From a virus, in the IMG/VR virus record IMGVR_UViG_3300005830_000045, positions 16,480 to 80,479 of that record: a stretch of 64,000 nt of DNA; one strand, given 5' to 3'. The notes below the pieces were generated by a model, which saw only the letters and a list, made by a program, of their open reading frames with translations, was not told the origin of the DNA and did not search any database. A program made the position numbers and the translations under genes. Shown in pieces: positions 20,850 to 30,795 of this stretch. The number at the start of each line of letters is the position of its first letter. Within the stretch, counting starts at the first letter, position 1.

Positions 20850-20973
20850 TCGCGTACAAATGTTAATATTATTGACTTTTTTGACACACAAGTGTTTCGT
20901 CTTGTAATTTATTGGGTCCAAGAAACGCCACTCCATATTCATTCAAGAATCCACTTATCGCCTCTAATTCATC

Positions 20974-21002
20974 TTGACTACTGTTTTGATCATATCTATA
21001 AA
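20974..21002 (+). promoter_or_regulatory. Sigma70-type promoter
   Basis: TTGACT 20974-20979, 17 nt spacer, TATAAA 20997-21002. Confidence 0.65.
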
Positions 21003-21007
21003 AGAAT

Positions 21008-22561
21008 ATGCCAAAACTCAAGCTTATTCTAAACAACCATAAAATCACAATACAAAACGCTCCAATCAATATAGCACGGTTGCTCGAAAAGGCCACCAGC
21101 TATCTTGTTCAAGGGCACTACTTCAGTCCGGCATTTCGGAGCAGGCGTTGGGATGGTCGTGAGCACCTTTTGGTTTTCAAAAAGGGCCACTATCGTGCTC
21201 CTATAGGTTTGCTTGGAGTAATACGTCAAGAGCTTGATAAGAATGGAATAGAATACGAAGTTAAAAGGGCAAAAACGAGAAAACCTGAAAAAGTCGAATT
21301 CATTTGGAACGAAGAAATCAGATTGAGACCTTATCAGGTGGAAGCTATCGAAGCATTTTGCAAATCTCCTGACGCAGGAAGAGGCATACTGAAGATGCCT
21401 ATTCGATCAGGGAAAACCAAGACTGCTGCAGGAATAATCAAAAGAATAGGAGTAAAAACTTTATTCCTTGTTCCTTCGCAGATGCTTATGTATCAAACTG
21501 CGAAATCTCTAAGTGAATCGCTTCCAGGTTCAAAAGTTGGCATGATTGGGGACGGCAACTGGGAGGAAGGCAGCATAACTGTCGCCACAATTCAAACTCT
21601 TGGACGCTTAAAAGGCGGCACGAAACAGCAGTGCTCCGGAAACAAAATGAGGAATGAAAGTGGAGTGCTGATAAAGGGCAAGTATTTGGCTTCTCTTGCT
21701 CCCTGCGGAAGAAAACGTTGTAACGGTTCACACAACTATAAGGCAGAGGAGGACACCAGATACAGACCGTTGATCAATAATTATGATTTAGCAATCATGG
21801 ATGAAATTCACCACTTGACGGGTGAAGTTTGGCACAACGTATTTTCTGATATACCGGCAAAGTATCGTCTTGGTTTGTCGGCAACTGTCAATTTTGATTG
21901 CAAGAAAGAAAATGAAAGAGGTGTGATTTGGCTTCGTGCTTGTTGCGGAGATATAAAGTATGATGTTTCAACTTCCGAGTTGATAGAACAAGGATACTTG
22001 ATGAGGCAACATGTTGAGATGAAGCCAATTCGGAAACCTAATTGCGATGGCGAGAAATGGTCTCGTGATTTACAGAATCGTTGCATATACAGCAATCCTG
22101 TGAGAAACAGACAAATAGTTATAGATGCTGTGACAGAAACGGATAAAGGCTACAAAGTGATGATAGTCACAAATAGAAAGTCGCAAATCAAAGATATTAC
22201 AGAGATTATGGATAAATACGGCATTGGGCACGTTACAGTTACAGGGGAAGACTCTCAGGACGTCAGAGATGAGCGAGTGGATGATTTCAAAAGTGGGAAG
22301 GTCCAGATTATCATCGGAACCGTCTTTGGCGAGGGCGTGGACATCCCTGAGATAGAAAGTGTCATAATTGCTGAAGGCGGACAAGACGCGAAAGCCACGG
22401 TTCAGAGGATGAGGAATATGACGCCAATGGAAGGGAAGACTGTTTCAAGACTAATTGATTATTGGGATGATACAAACGCCTATTTCAGGAAACATTCCAG
22501 AAAAAGATACACAACATACAAGAGCGAGCCTGCCTTTATAGTCATGAAAACTTGGGAATAA
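21008..22561 (+). CDS. SF2 DNA helicase (UvsW/XPB-like)
   Basis: LRPYQ, MPIRSGKT, DEIHH, GLSAT, EGVDIP, QRMR. Confidence 0.9.
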   Translation: MPKLKLILNNHKITIQNAPINIARLLEKATSYLVQGHYFSPAFRSRRWDGREHLLVFKKGHYRAPIGLLGVIRQELDKNGIEYEVKRAKTRKPEKVEFIWNEEIRLRPYQVEAIEAFCKSPDAGRGILKMPIRSGKTKTAAGIIKRIGVKTLFLVPSQMLMYQTAKSLSESLPGSKVGMIGDGNWEEGSITVATIQTLGRLKGGTKQQCSGNKMRNESGVLIKGKYLASLAPCGRKRCNGSHNYKAEEDTRYRPLINNYDLAIMDEIHHLTGEVWHNVFSDIPAKYRLGLSATVNFDCKKENERGVIWLRACCGDIKYDVSTSELIEQGYLMRQHVEMKPIRKPNCDGEKWSRDLQNRCIYSNPVRNRQIVIDAVTETDKGYKVMIVTNRKSQIKDITEIMDKYGIGHVTVTGEDSQDVRDERVDDFKSGKVQIIIGTVFGEGVDIPEIESVIIAEGGQDAKATVQRMRNMTPMEGKTVSRLIDYWDDTNAYFRKHSRKRYTTYKSEPAFIVMKTWE

Positions 22562-22567
22562 AAAGAC

Positions 22568-22597
22568 TTGCCTTCGACATGTGAATCGAGTTAGATT
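22568..22597 (+). promoter_or_regulatory. Possible sigma70-type promoter
   Basis: TTGCCT-18 nt-TAGATT in an intergenic gap. Confidence 0.4.
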
Positions 22598-22670
22598 GTA
22601 GGTCATGAAAGGGGAACTTGCGACCGAGACAGAAACATTTTCTGAAAGCGCATGAACGGAGGATCAAAAG

Positions 22671-24227
22671 TTGAAAAAAACACACAAATTGGAAACAGTT
22701 GACTTGGTCAAGGCATACGATCAGCTGAGCCAAGAAGCATTCTCTGTCTGGATGCGCTTGCACATGCTCGGTGACGATAAACTTGCACTAGGCCATAAAA
22801 AGTTGTGCAGGATCGTAGGCTACTCTGAAGCACGATACATTGTCATCTTGAGGGATTTGCGCAATGCTGGGTATGTGAAGTTTCTCCCGGCTGAGAGGCC
22901 AGGCTTGCCGACGACATTATTGATGCTGAAAGTTTGCAAATTATCGGGCAAAAACCGCTTTGTCAAACTTAGCGTACAGGGTTCTGGCTGTGCATGCTCA
23001 AGTAGCCACGAAGAGGAGAATTTGAGCATCCCTTTTGCGCAAAGTCTGTTTGCCAATCTAACAGTAAATGAAAAACAATTCACAGAAAACTACCAGGCAA
23101 ACAGACACGCATCTTCTGAAGATTATGAGGTTACCGGCGCACAAAAACAATTTGATGGAAATCACCAATTTTGTGTTCCTGAAGATGGAAGCGGAAACAG
23201 CGAATTCACAATTGGCAAATTCAATTATTTATGTGCGCAACATGGCCTGTCAAATAAACACGATGATAACTTGAGCATAGGAGAAAGCAATATGTCCGAT
23301 GACTCTTCAAAAGGAGATAACTCCAAGAAAAAAGTAAAATTTTTGACATTTGATGGCGACATAAAGCATGCCTCTGAAACAACTCACAAATCCAAAACAA
23401 ATATCAGCTATACTAGTTTAAATAGTGGGATAAATATATCTAAATACTCAAAAGAGAGACGAACGAAGAGAGTCTTGGAACGCCCAAAACATCCAGATTC
23501 TGGCAAACCGATAAATTGGGGGAAACTAGACCAATTAGGCAAGCCGGCAATCACATTCAATCTATCTGAATCGGAACGAGAGGAACTTATACGTTTATTG
23601 GTTCCTGATATGAGAAAACTAAGTTCAGAAGATAAGAAGTTTAGGCGCGCCGTTGAAAGGAAACTTGAACAAGAGTTTGTCCGGCTATACGAAAGGTATC
23701 GGCGTGCGGCTATGAGAGAAATGGGTTGGGGCACAACAAAGTATGACGTTATGTCAAAAGAAAGGAAGTATGCTTTGGCAGCAGCGATTTCTTGCGTTGT
23801 AAAAGGAGTTACACCACGACAAGTTTTCCAGTATTGGCACAAGAACATAAAGCACTTTGCCAATAGCAAGCTTTCCGTGCCGCCTTTGCCCTTTCTAAGT
23901 CAACCGGCCAACATCGATGAAGTATGTATCAACATGATGGAAGAGAAGCACTCCGGGCCAAAGAGGCATGATTCCGGCAGACCGCGTTCCATGCACACCA
24001 TGAGCGATACCTCGTTGCTTGATCCTCGATTCAGAAAAACTTTGGCGGAAGTAGGATTTGATCTCAGCGGTATGAATGATGTTTACCTTGCAACGGTCCA
24101 AGCTTATGCTGTGGACGTGGCTGGCGGCCAAGTAAAAGCCAGGTTTATCCCTTCCAAGTTGCGAGAAATGGTGAAGTGGGCCGCTGACAACTTTTTTGCC
24201 GATAAGAATCTTGATGATTACATCTAA
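22671..24227 (+). CDS. Putative replication initiator (N-terminal wHTH-like)
   Basis: KLCRIVGYSEARYIVILRDLRNAGYV is HTH-like; directly upstream of loader, helicase and primase. Confidence 0.5.
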   Translation: MKKTHKLETVDLVKAYDQLSQEAFSVWMRLHMLGDDKLALGHKKLCRIVGYSEARYIVILRDLRNAGYVKFLPAERPGLPTTLLMLKVCKLSGKNRFVKLSVQGSGCACSSSHEEENLSIPFAQSLFANLTVNEKQFTENYQANRHASSEDYEVTGAQKQFDGNHQFCVPEDGSGNSEFTIGKFNYLCAQHGLSNKHDDNLSIGESNMSDDSSKGDNSKKKVKFLTFDGDIKHASETTHKSKTNISYTSLNSGINISKYSKERRTKRVLERPKHPDSGKPINWGKLDQLGKPAITFNLSESEREELIRLLVPDMRKLSSEDKKFRRAVERKLEQEFVRLYERYRRAAMREMGWGTTKYDVMSKERKYALAAAISCVVKGVTPRQVFQYWHKNIKHFANSKLSVPPLPFLSQPANIDEVCINMMEEKHSGPKRHDSGRPRSMHTMSDTSLLDPRFRKTLAEVGFDLSGMNDVYLATVQAYAVDVAGGQVKARFIPSKLREMVKWAADNFFADKNLDDYI

Positions 24228-24264
24228 TTCATCTTCAGAGTTTCAATCTCATAAGGAGATAGCA

Positions 24265-24990
24265 ATGAAGAACAAACAAGAAGTGGGCACGTTCAAATAT
24301 GAGGCGTCTATCAGAGCTATGAAGTGCCCTGAGTGTAAAGGTGCTCTCAATCAGCTGTGCGCTTGCACGGCAAGGTTTCGCTTTGAGGTGGAGGCGTTTG
24401 AATCTTGCATCCCTCGTGACTTTTGGGACATCGAAGAAAAGGATATATCGCACAACGTTGAGGCTTTTAAGGATTTCATAAAGCCTTATTGTAAAAAGCT
24501 GAACAAGGCGCATAAGCATGGCTACGGGTTGCTGCTTTCCGGTCCAAATGGCGTGGGAAAGACAACTTTTATGAGTTATGTTCTTACATGTGCAATACGT
24601 CGTGGAAAAAGTGTATATTATACGACTATGCTTCAACTTGACCACGATATAAAGGCAGGGTTCGGTGATGTTCAGTCCCAAATACGCCTTGAGTGGATGC
24701 TGACTTCCGATTTCTTGGGCCTCGATGAAATGGGGAAAGAACAATTCAAAGGGATTGATCGGCCAACGTTTATAAAGGCGCAGATTGAACGTATTCTCAA
24801 ACAACGTTTTGATGAGAGCAGACCGGTCATCCTCGCGACAAACTTGAATGCTTCCTCGCTTGCGAAATCTTATGGCGACAGCATAGTTTCAATCGTTCAA
24901 GGTAAATATCAACAAGTGGTCATGGAGCCTGGAGATTTCAGGAAAACAATCGGCGAAAAGATGGCAAAGGACATGGGCTATTTGTCGTGA
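24265..24990 (+). CDS. DnaC/IstB-like helicase loader ATPase
   Basis: CPEC...CAC; GPNGVGKT; FLGLDEMGKE; ILATNL; GDFRK. Confidence 0.9.
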   Translation: MKNKQEVGTFKYEASIRAMKCPECKGALNQLCACTARFRFEVEAFESCIPRDFWDIEEKDISHNVEAFKDFIKPYCKKLNKAHKHGYGLLLSGPNGVGKTTFMSYVLTCAIRRGKSVYYTTMLQLDHDIKAGFGDVQSQIRLEWMLTSDFLGLDEMGKEQFKGIDRPTFIKAQIERILKQRFDESRPVILATNLNASSLAKSYGDSIVSIVQGKYQQVVMEPGDFRKTIGEKMAKDMGYLS

Positions 24991-26348
24991 AGATTGACAT
25001 TGAATTCGAGGAAGAAGTTCTTGCACGAGCACTACGTGACGCAATGTATCTCAAGAAAGCTTCTGGCATATTGGATGCTCACCATTTCGGAACCAAGCAC
25101 CATAGTTGGGTTTGGAAGCAGATGAAAGAAGTGTGGTCTGCTTATCGGGAGTTGTGTAGCCCTAAGATGTTCGTTGCTCGCGTAAAGCGTGACTTCCTTG
25201 AGCTCGATGACAGGGAGCCATATTTACAATTAGTCAAAAAGCTTTTTCGTCTGAAGCCAAAAGCTTCTGCTGCTTCGCTCGATGAGCTGAGTCAATTCGT
25301 TCGATTTGTGAACGCACAACTGGCCTTGGAAAAGGGAGCAACCGCGCTTGAAAAGGGGAAGGTTGATGACGTTTATGGCGTCATGCAAGAGATTTCTCAA
25401 AAAGACCTTAGACCGCGAGTATATACTCGTGTAAAGTGGATTGAGGAGTTTGAGGAGCGACAACGCGAAAGGAAGCACCGAAAGGAGCACCCAGAGGAGT
25501 ACACCTCAATACCTACAGGCCTCAGCAAGCTCGATTCAATAATAACAGGAATTCAGATTGGAGAAATAGGGCTTGTTCTCGGGACAACTGGACGAGGCAA
25601 ATCTATATTCTTGAACAACCTTGCTTACACAGCTGTGAAATTGGGCTTCCCAACAGCATACTTCGCCTTTGAGATGCCAGCCCGGCAAATTGCCCAACGG
25701 CAAGATGCTCGTTGGCTTCAAATGCCTTATAGGAAGTTCAAGGATTATGCATTTACTCCATCAGAGCTTAGAGAAATCAATGTAAAGTTAGGCAGGATGA
25801 GACCACGTTGGAAAAGTCTTTTTCAGATATTTAGCATGCCGGTGAGGAGCGCTACGATCAACACGGTCATATCTGCTCTTGATGATGCTTACCTTGAAGA
25901 TGGATTTAAGCCTAAGTTGCTCCTTTTTGATAGTGCTGATCATCTTTTGCCCACTGGAAGGTCAGAGTCTTTTAGGCTTGATCAAGCGAATGTGTACTGG
26001 GCCATGAAGGGATTGGCTGAAAGCGATGGCTATGCCATTTGGAGTTCAACACAAGCAAAACAGGAGTATGCAACGCGAACAATTACGGCTGAAGGTGGAA
26101 GCGAATCATACGACAAGGCGAGGATTGCTGATGTTATGGTTTCTTTGAATGAACCTCGCAAGTCAAGTCGTGCTACTAAGATTGTCGATGACGATGATGA
26201 CGATGACGGCGAAAGTTTGACGCCTACAACCAAGGGAAGCTTCCTTGAGCTTTTCCTTGCGAAGTATCGCGATGGAATGAGTAAAGTAACAATTCCTCTT
26301 GACGCTGAGTTTGAAAAGATGATCATACATGAGGTTTATGTAGAGTAA
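24987..26348 (+). CDS. dnaB: Replicative DnaB-like helicase
   Basis: IPTGLSKLD, GTTGRGKS, FAFEM, FDSADHL, SSTQ, LAKYRDG. Confidence 0.9.
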   Translation: MKIDIEFEEEVLARALRDAMYLKKASGILDAHHFGTKHHSWVWKQMKEVWSAYRELCSPKMFVARVKRDFLELDDREPYLQLVKKLFRLKPKASAASLDELSQFVRFVNAQLALEKGATALEKGKVDDVYGVMQEISQKDLRPRVYTRVKWIEEFEERQRERKHRKEHPEEYTSIPTGLSKLDSIITGIQIGEIGLVLGTTGRGKSIFLNNLAYTAVKLGFPTAYFAFEMPARQIAQRQDARWLQMPYRKFKDYAFTPSELREINVKLGRMRPRWKSLFQIFSMPVRSATINTVISALDDAYLEDGFKPKLLLFDSADHLLPTGRSESFRLDQANVYWAMKGLAESDGYAIWSSTQAKQEYATRTITAEGGSESYDKARIADVMVSLNEPRKSSRATKIVDDDDDDDGESLTPTTKGSFLELFLAKYRDGMSKVTIPLDAEFEKMIIHEVYVE

Positions 26349-27373
26349 TGTTTGATCTAGTAGAATGGGTTGACGCGAACATAGACCGTGCTCGTCCATC
26401 AGCTGGAGATGAGCGGACAGGAGAGTGCCCGTTTTGCGGCAAATATGGTGGTTTTTATATCAATTGTAGTGAAGATGGTAACGGGCCATGGGTGTGCTTC
26501 AAATGTGGAGAAGCATCAAAAAGCGTGATTCGTCTTATCGCGCACGTGGAAGGTATCACGCCTCAAGAGGCACGTGCTTTCCTCCTCAAATCTAAGGTTG
26601 AATTCAGAAGGAAAGAAACTGCCATTTCTCTTCTCGATAGGATCAAAGCGATAAGAGGAAACGAGGACATAGATTCAATTGATTTGTTCGATGAAAAGGT
26701 TGAAGGCGGATTGCCTTCTGAATTTGTTCCTGTTTGGGACGGGAAGAAGTGGCGTGTTCCTGTTTATATGAGCAAAAGAGGATACAGGAGGTCAATCCTT
26801 CGAGATTGGGGAGTTGGTTTCTGCAACAGTGGAAGATACGCAAGGCGCGTCATCGTTCCTCTTGAGTGCCCAAATGGCAGGAGCTTTACTGCCCGTGATG
26901 TTACAGGTGAACAAAAGCCAAAATATTTGAACCCAGAAGGCATCGACCATAGGCGTTTGTTGTTTGGCTGGAATAGTGTGTCGAATCATTCCGGTTTTGA
27001 GCTGGTGGAAGGACCACTTGATGCTATGAAGCTCGATCAACACGGGTTGCCTTCGATGGCCATGGGCGGAAAAGTTCTTCATTCCGAGCAATTGAATATG
27101 TTATTCAAAAGGCCTAGTTCTGTGCGGGTCACGGTCATGTTGGATCCAGAGGCGTTGAAGGAAGCGTATAATGTAGCGTCACAACTTATTGTTCATTTTG
27201 ATCGTGTTTATGTAGCCTATACGTTGCCTGACGGCGTTGATCCAGGCGATACGACCAGGGCCCAGGCACGAGAAACGCACAATAAAGCCTTTAGATACTC
27301 TGGAGAACGGGCTGAGAGAGTGCAGGTTGTAGTAAAAAATGCGCGCCATAAGTTACAGAAAATATTTGAATAA
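26348..27373 (+). CDS. DNA primase (Zn finger + TOPRIM)
   Basis: CPFC...CFKC; PKYLNP; LVEGPLDAM; MLDPEA; DPGD. Confidence 0.9.
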   Translation: MFDLVEWVDANIDRARPSAGDERTGECPFCGKYGGFYINCSEDGNGPWVCFKCGEASKSVIRLIAHVEGITPQEARAFLLKSKVEFRRKETAISLLDRIKAIRGNEDIDSIDLFDEKVEGGLPSEFVPVWDGKKWRVPVYMSKRGYRRSILRDWGVGFCNSGRYARRVIVPLECPNGRSFTARDVTGEQKPKYLNPEGIDHRRLLFGWNSVSNHSGFELVEGPLDAMKLDQHGLPSMAMGGKVLHSEQLNMLFKRPSSVRVTVMLDPEALKEAYNVASQLIVHFDRVYVAYTLPDGVDPGDTTRAQARETHNKAFRYSGERAERVQVVVKNARHKLQKIFE

Positions 27374-27387
27374 TTACATATAAGGGA

Positions 27388-27448
27388 AAAAAAGTTGAAA
27401 TCAAGGCAAAAAACTTCTTGACCTTTGAAGCTGTATGGCATTATCCTG
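27388..27448 (+). promoter_or_regulatory. Phage early-type promoter with A-tract UP-like element
   Basis: AAAAAAGTTG...TTGACC-18-TATCCT; collinear homolog at 55940-56000. Confidence 0.65.
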
Positions 27449-27489
27449 GATTTATTGGCGCAAACAAAATGGCAAGGAGCAGTGACGCT

Positions 27490-28653
27490 ATGCCATCACC
27501 AAAAGACTCCCACGATAGCAGAGGCAGGGCAAAGGTCAAGTGCGAAGTCTGTGGACTTTGGTATCATCGGCTTGATGTCCACATTGCCAAGAAGCACGGA
27601 ATGAACGTCGAGCAGTACCAAGCGACGCACCCAGGGTGCCCAACCATCAGCGAGGCAGCATCCCAGGCAGCGTCATCCGCAGCGGTTAAAAAGGCGTCTC
27701 ACGCCAAAGTAGTCAGAGAAGCGAAAGAGGAAACGTTCAGCGGAGACAAGGACACGTTCCGTATCGGCGTGGCACGCCTCAAGATGCGAAAAGACCTCAG
27801 CGAAGTAGACAAATTTCACGTTCCGGACTACGACCCAAAATACAATCTCGGCATGATGGAGAGAGAGAATTGGGAATATATCGCTCTTGGCGTTCAAGAT
27901 AGTGAAAACGTTTTCATCTCCGGTCCAACCGGGTGCGGTAAAAGTTTGGGCGTTCTTCAACTCGCAGCAGCTCTCAATCAGCCTGTGCAGCGTATCAACC
28001 TTCACGGTGAAGTCAGAGCTTCTGACTTCGTTGGTGATAAGACTGTTGATGTTGACCCTGAAAGTGGACAAGCCGTTGTTGTGTGGAAAGATGGCATTCT
28101 CCCTAATGCTATGCGCAACGGCCACTGGTTGCTTCTCGATGAATTGGATGCTGCGCCTGCTCACGTGCTTTTCGTGCTCCAGTCTGTTCTCGAAAAGGGG
28201 ATGCGCCTTGTCCTTTCAAACAACAACGGAGAAATAGTAAAGGCCCACGAAAGTTTTCGCATTATCGCAACGGCCAACACTTTTGGCAGAGGCGATGATA
28301 GCGGAATGTACGGCGGTACAAATATTCTCAACGAGGCATTTCTTGATCGTTTTGGAATCGTGATTCTCGTTGATTACCCTGGCGAGTTAACCGAAAGGGA
28401 CATCATCGTGGAGCGCACTGGCTTGAATGGAGATGATGCTAGTAAGATGGTCAAGATTGCTCATGATGTTCGGAAGGCTTTGGAGAATGAAACGGTTTTT
28501 TGTTCTTTCTCGACAAGGCGTCTTGTCGCATGGGCACAAGCCTCTGTTCGATTGGGAGATGTTAAAAGGGCAGTCAAAATCAGCGTAACAAATAGGTTGA
28601 GCGCTGAGGATGCAACATTTATTTCTGGATTGGTCCAAAGGTATTGGGGGTGA
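27490..28653 (+). CDS. MoxR/CobS-like AAA+ ATPase with N-terminal Ros/MucR-like Zn finger
   Basis: CEVC...H....H; GPTGCGKS; LLLDELD; IATANT; NEAFLDRF; STRRLVAW. Confidence 0.9.
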   Translation: MPSPKDSHDSRGRAKVKCEVCGLWYHRLDVHIAKKHGMNVEQYQATHPGCPTISEAASQAASSAAVKKASHAKVVREAKEETFSGDKDTFRIGVARLKMRKDLSEVDKFHVPDYDPKYNLGMMERENWEYIALGVQDSENVFISGPTGCGKSLGVLQLAAALNQPVQRINLHGEVRASDFVGDKTVDVDPESGQAVVVWKDGILPNAMRNGHWLLLDELDAAPAHVLFVLQSVLEKGMRLVLSNNNGEIVKAHESFRIIATANTFGRGDDSGMYGGTNILNEAFLDRFGIVILVDYPGELTERDIIVERTGLNGDDASKMVKIAHDVRKALENETVFCSFSTRRLVAWAQASVRLGDVKRAVKISVTNRLSAEDATFISGLVQRYWG

Positions 28654-28764
28654 TTAGATAAATCTTTCCAATAAAACCTAATAAATTCACAAAGTAGCAA
28701 AAAAGTTTGTTTTTTTGGTAGAATTTTTTGGCAAATTCGTTTATGTTTATCTTATCGGCAACAA

Positions 28765-30795
28765 ATGATGAGGCTAAGGATGAAATTAAAGACCAATGCT
28801 CGCAGAAACGCACTTGATGGCCCTTTCACAGCGATAGCAAGGGCCCAAAGTCGTTCCTGGAAAGTCAATATCGTAGCTTCCGGCAGCGTTCTCGCAACAG
28901 ATGGCAATACTATATATTTTCCATGGAATAGCGATGACATCGACACTATTCCTTTCAACGTTTTGAATGGATACCTTGACCATGAGGTGGGGCATATCGC
29001 AGAAGAAAGGGAGCATGCTATAGACGGTCGTGAGACTCCTCTTGAAATCGCAAAGCGTCAAACAAATATCACAAAAAGAATGCTCCTCAATGTATACGAA
29101 GACATTCGTATGGAGATAAAAAGGGGCAAGATTTATCCTGGAGTCGCAGCAAATCTCAAGGCATCTAACGAGCACTCCGTTGGCACCTTTATAAAAAGAT
29201 TTGGTGATGGCGATGGCATGGAAAAGGCTAATTTCTGGCACACTTTAGGGTGCGGGATCATCTTTGCCGCTAGGGAACTTGACACCTTTTGGCTTCCAGA
29301 GCAGTACGCTCCGTTCATGGAAATGCTACAGCCTGAAATCGAGGAAAGTAGGCACGTGGTTTGGGCCCAAGACTCGATGGAGCTTGTCGAGAGAACTTTT
29401 GAAAAAGTCCGTGAACTAGCTAAGGATATTGAAGATTGGATGGAAAAGAAGACAGCTCTGAAGAAAGAAGAGAAAGGCGAGTCAGAGTCAAGCGATACAA
29501 AGGGCAAGAGTGAAAGCGACACGAAGGATGAAGGTGGTGTTGGTGGCCCTAGCGAAGATGGTTCTGACGATGCAACTGCCGAGGATGGTGATGGTGCCTC
29601 TGATAGCGCTGAAGGTGGCGATCAGGAAGTTGGTGAAGGCGAGGAAAGTGCTAGCGGTGTAGAGGGTGGTGTCAGGCGTGGCGATAACGCCGAAGGCGAT
29701 ACCTCGTTTGGTTCACCCTCTACAAGCGCAGAGGACACAAAAGAGGACATGTCTGAAGGCAAAGAAGAAGTGCCATGCGATGGCGCTGAGAAAGCCGCAG
29801 AAATCACAGCTGGGGCTTTTCAAGATGCTGACACCGATGACATCATGTGCGAAGGCAAGAAAGAAATTGAAAAGGCGAGCGAAGATCTTTCTACCTTGCG
29901 CGGTGGATACAACCCCTGCCCCTCTGCCCTTGAGGCTGATCAGTGGATCGTTCCGAAGAAGGGTGAAGAAGCAATTTACAATCAGATCAAGAAGCAGGTC
30001 CAGCAGCAGATTTCTGCACTTCGGTCCAAGTTGATCCACATCATTCGCAGTCGGGCAATTTCTCGCGAGCAATACGAGCAAGACAATGGGAAGCTTGACA
30101 CTTCTTCGCTTTACCGCTTGCGCTTGGGCAGTAAGCAGGTATTCAGCAAGACCGTTTCAGGGCAAATGCTTGACACCGCAGTCACGGTGCTCGTGGACCT
30201 TTCTGGCTCGATGGGCGATTCAAATTTTGCCTATTCCAGAGCTTGTTACGCTAGGATGACGGCTGTTGCCCTTGCAGAAACTTTTGAATCAATCAACGTT
30301 CCTTTCGAGATAATAGGGTTTCACAACAGCTACGACATCCCTTTCAAGCCTGATCGCAGTGGAGCGTTCGTGAATAGACTTCCCTTTGAGTATCACGTTT
30401 ACAAGAGCTTTGAAGAGGTCCATCGCTCCGTTCGATGCCGTCTTGTTGGGATAACAGGACGGCAAGAGAACGCTGATGGCGAGGCAATCGTGGGGGTCGC
30501 AAGGAGATTGGTTGTTCGTCCTGAGAGTCGCAAGCTCATGTTCGTTATCAGCGACGGAAAGCCAGTCTGTCCCGGATTGAGTGATGAAGTTGGCTCAAGA
30601 CATTTGATTGATTCAATCAAAAAGGTGCGAGGGGCAGGGATTATCCTTTTTGGTATCGGAGTGCAGCATTTGGATATCGTGCGTTACTATGGCGTAGAGC
30701 ACAGCATTTGCGTGGACAAACTTGACAAGATGGCCGAAAACATTTTCAAGGTCGTGCGTTCCGTACTTATCGCAGGCCTCAAAAAGGTGGCGTGA
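28765..30795 (+). CDS. CobT-like VWA-domain protein
   Basis: DHEVGH, NVYEDIRME, acidic linker, MIDAS DLSGSM, ADGEAI, ISDGKP. Confidence 0.9.
   Translation: MMRLRMKLKTNARRNALDGPFTAIARAQSRSWKVNIVASGSVLATDGNTIYFPWNSDDIDTIPFNVLNGYLDHEVGHIAEEREHAIDGRETPLEIAKRQTNITKRMLLNVYEDIRMEIKRGKIYPGVAANLKASNEHSVGTFIKRFGDGDGMEKANFWHTLGCGIIFAARELDTFWLPEQYAPFMEMLQPEIEESRHVVWAQDSMELVERTFEKVRELAKDIEDWMEKKTALKKEEKGESESSDTKGKSESDTKDEGGVGGPSEDGSDDATAEDGDGASDSAEGGDQEVGEGEESASGVEGGVRRGDNAEGDTSFGSPSTSAEDTKEDMSEGKEEVPCDGAEKAAEITAGAFQDADTDDIMCEGKKEIEKASEDLSTLRGGYNPCPSALEADQWIVPKKGEEAIYNQIKKQVQQQISALRSKLIHIIRSRAISREQYEQDNGKLDTSSLYRLRLGSKQVFSKTVSGQMLDTAVTVLVDLSGSMGDSNFAYSRACYARMTAVALAETFESINVPFEIIGFHNSYDIPFKPDRSGAFVNRLPFEYHVYKSFEEVHRSVRCRLVGITGRQENADGEAIVGVARRLVVRPESRKLMFVISDGKPVCPGLSDEVGSRHLIDSIKKVRGAGIILFGIGVQHLDIVRYYGVEHSICVDKLDKMAENIFKVVRSVLIAGLKKVA

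Noticed and set aside
20869-21096. Minus-strand 75-aa ORF
   Set aside because: It overlaps the helicase start and its promoter, with no supporting signals.
27490-30795. Cobalamin biosynthesis (cobS/cobT) as auxiliary metabolism
   Set aside because: There is no CobN or other cob gene; such AAA/VWA pairs are common in large phages without that role.
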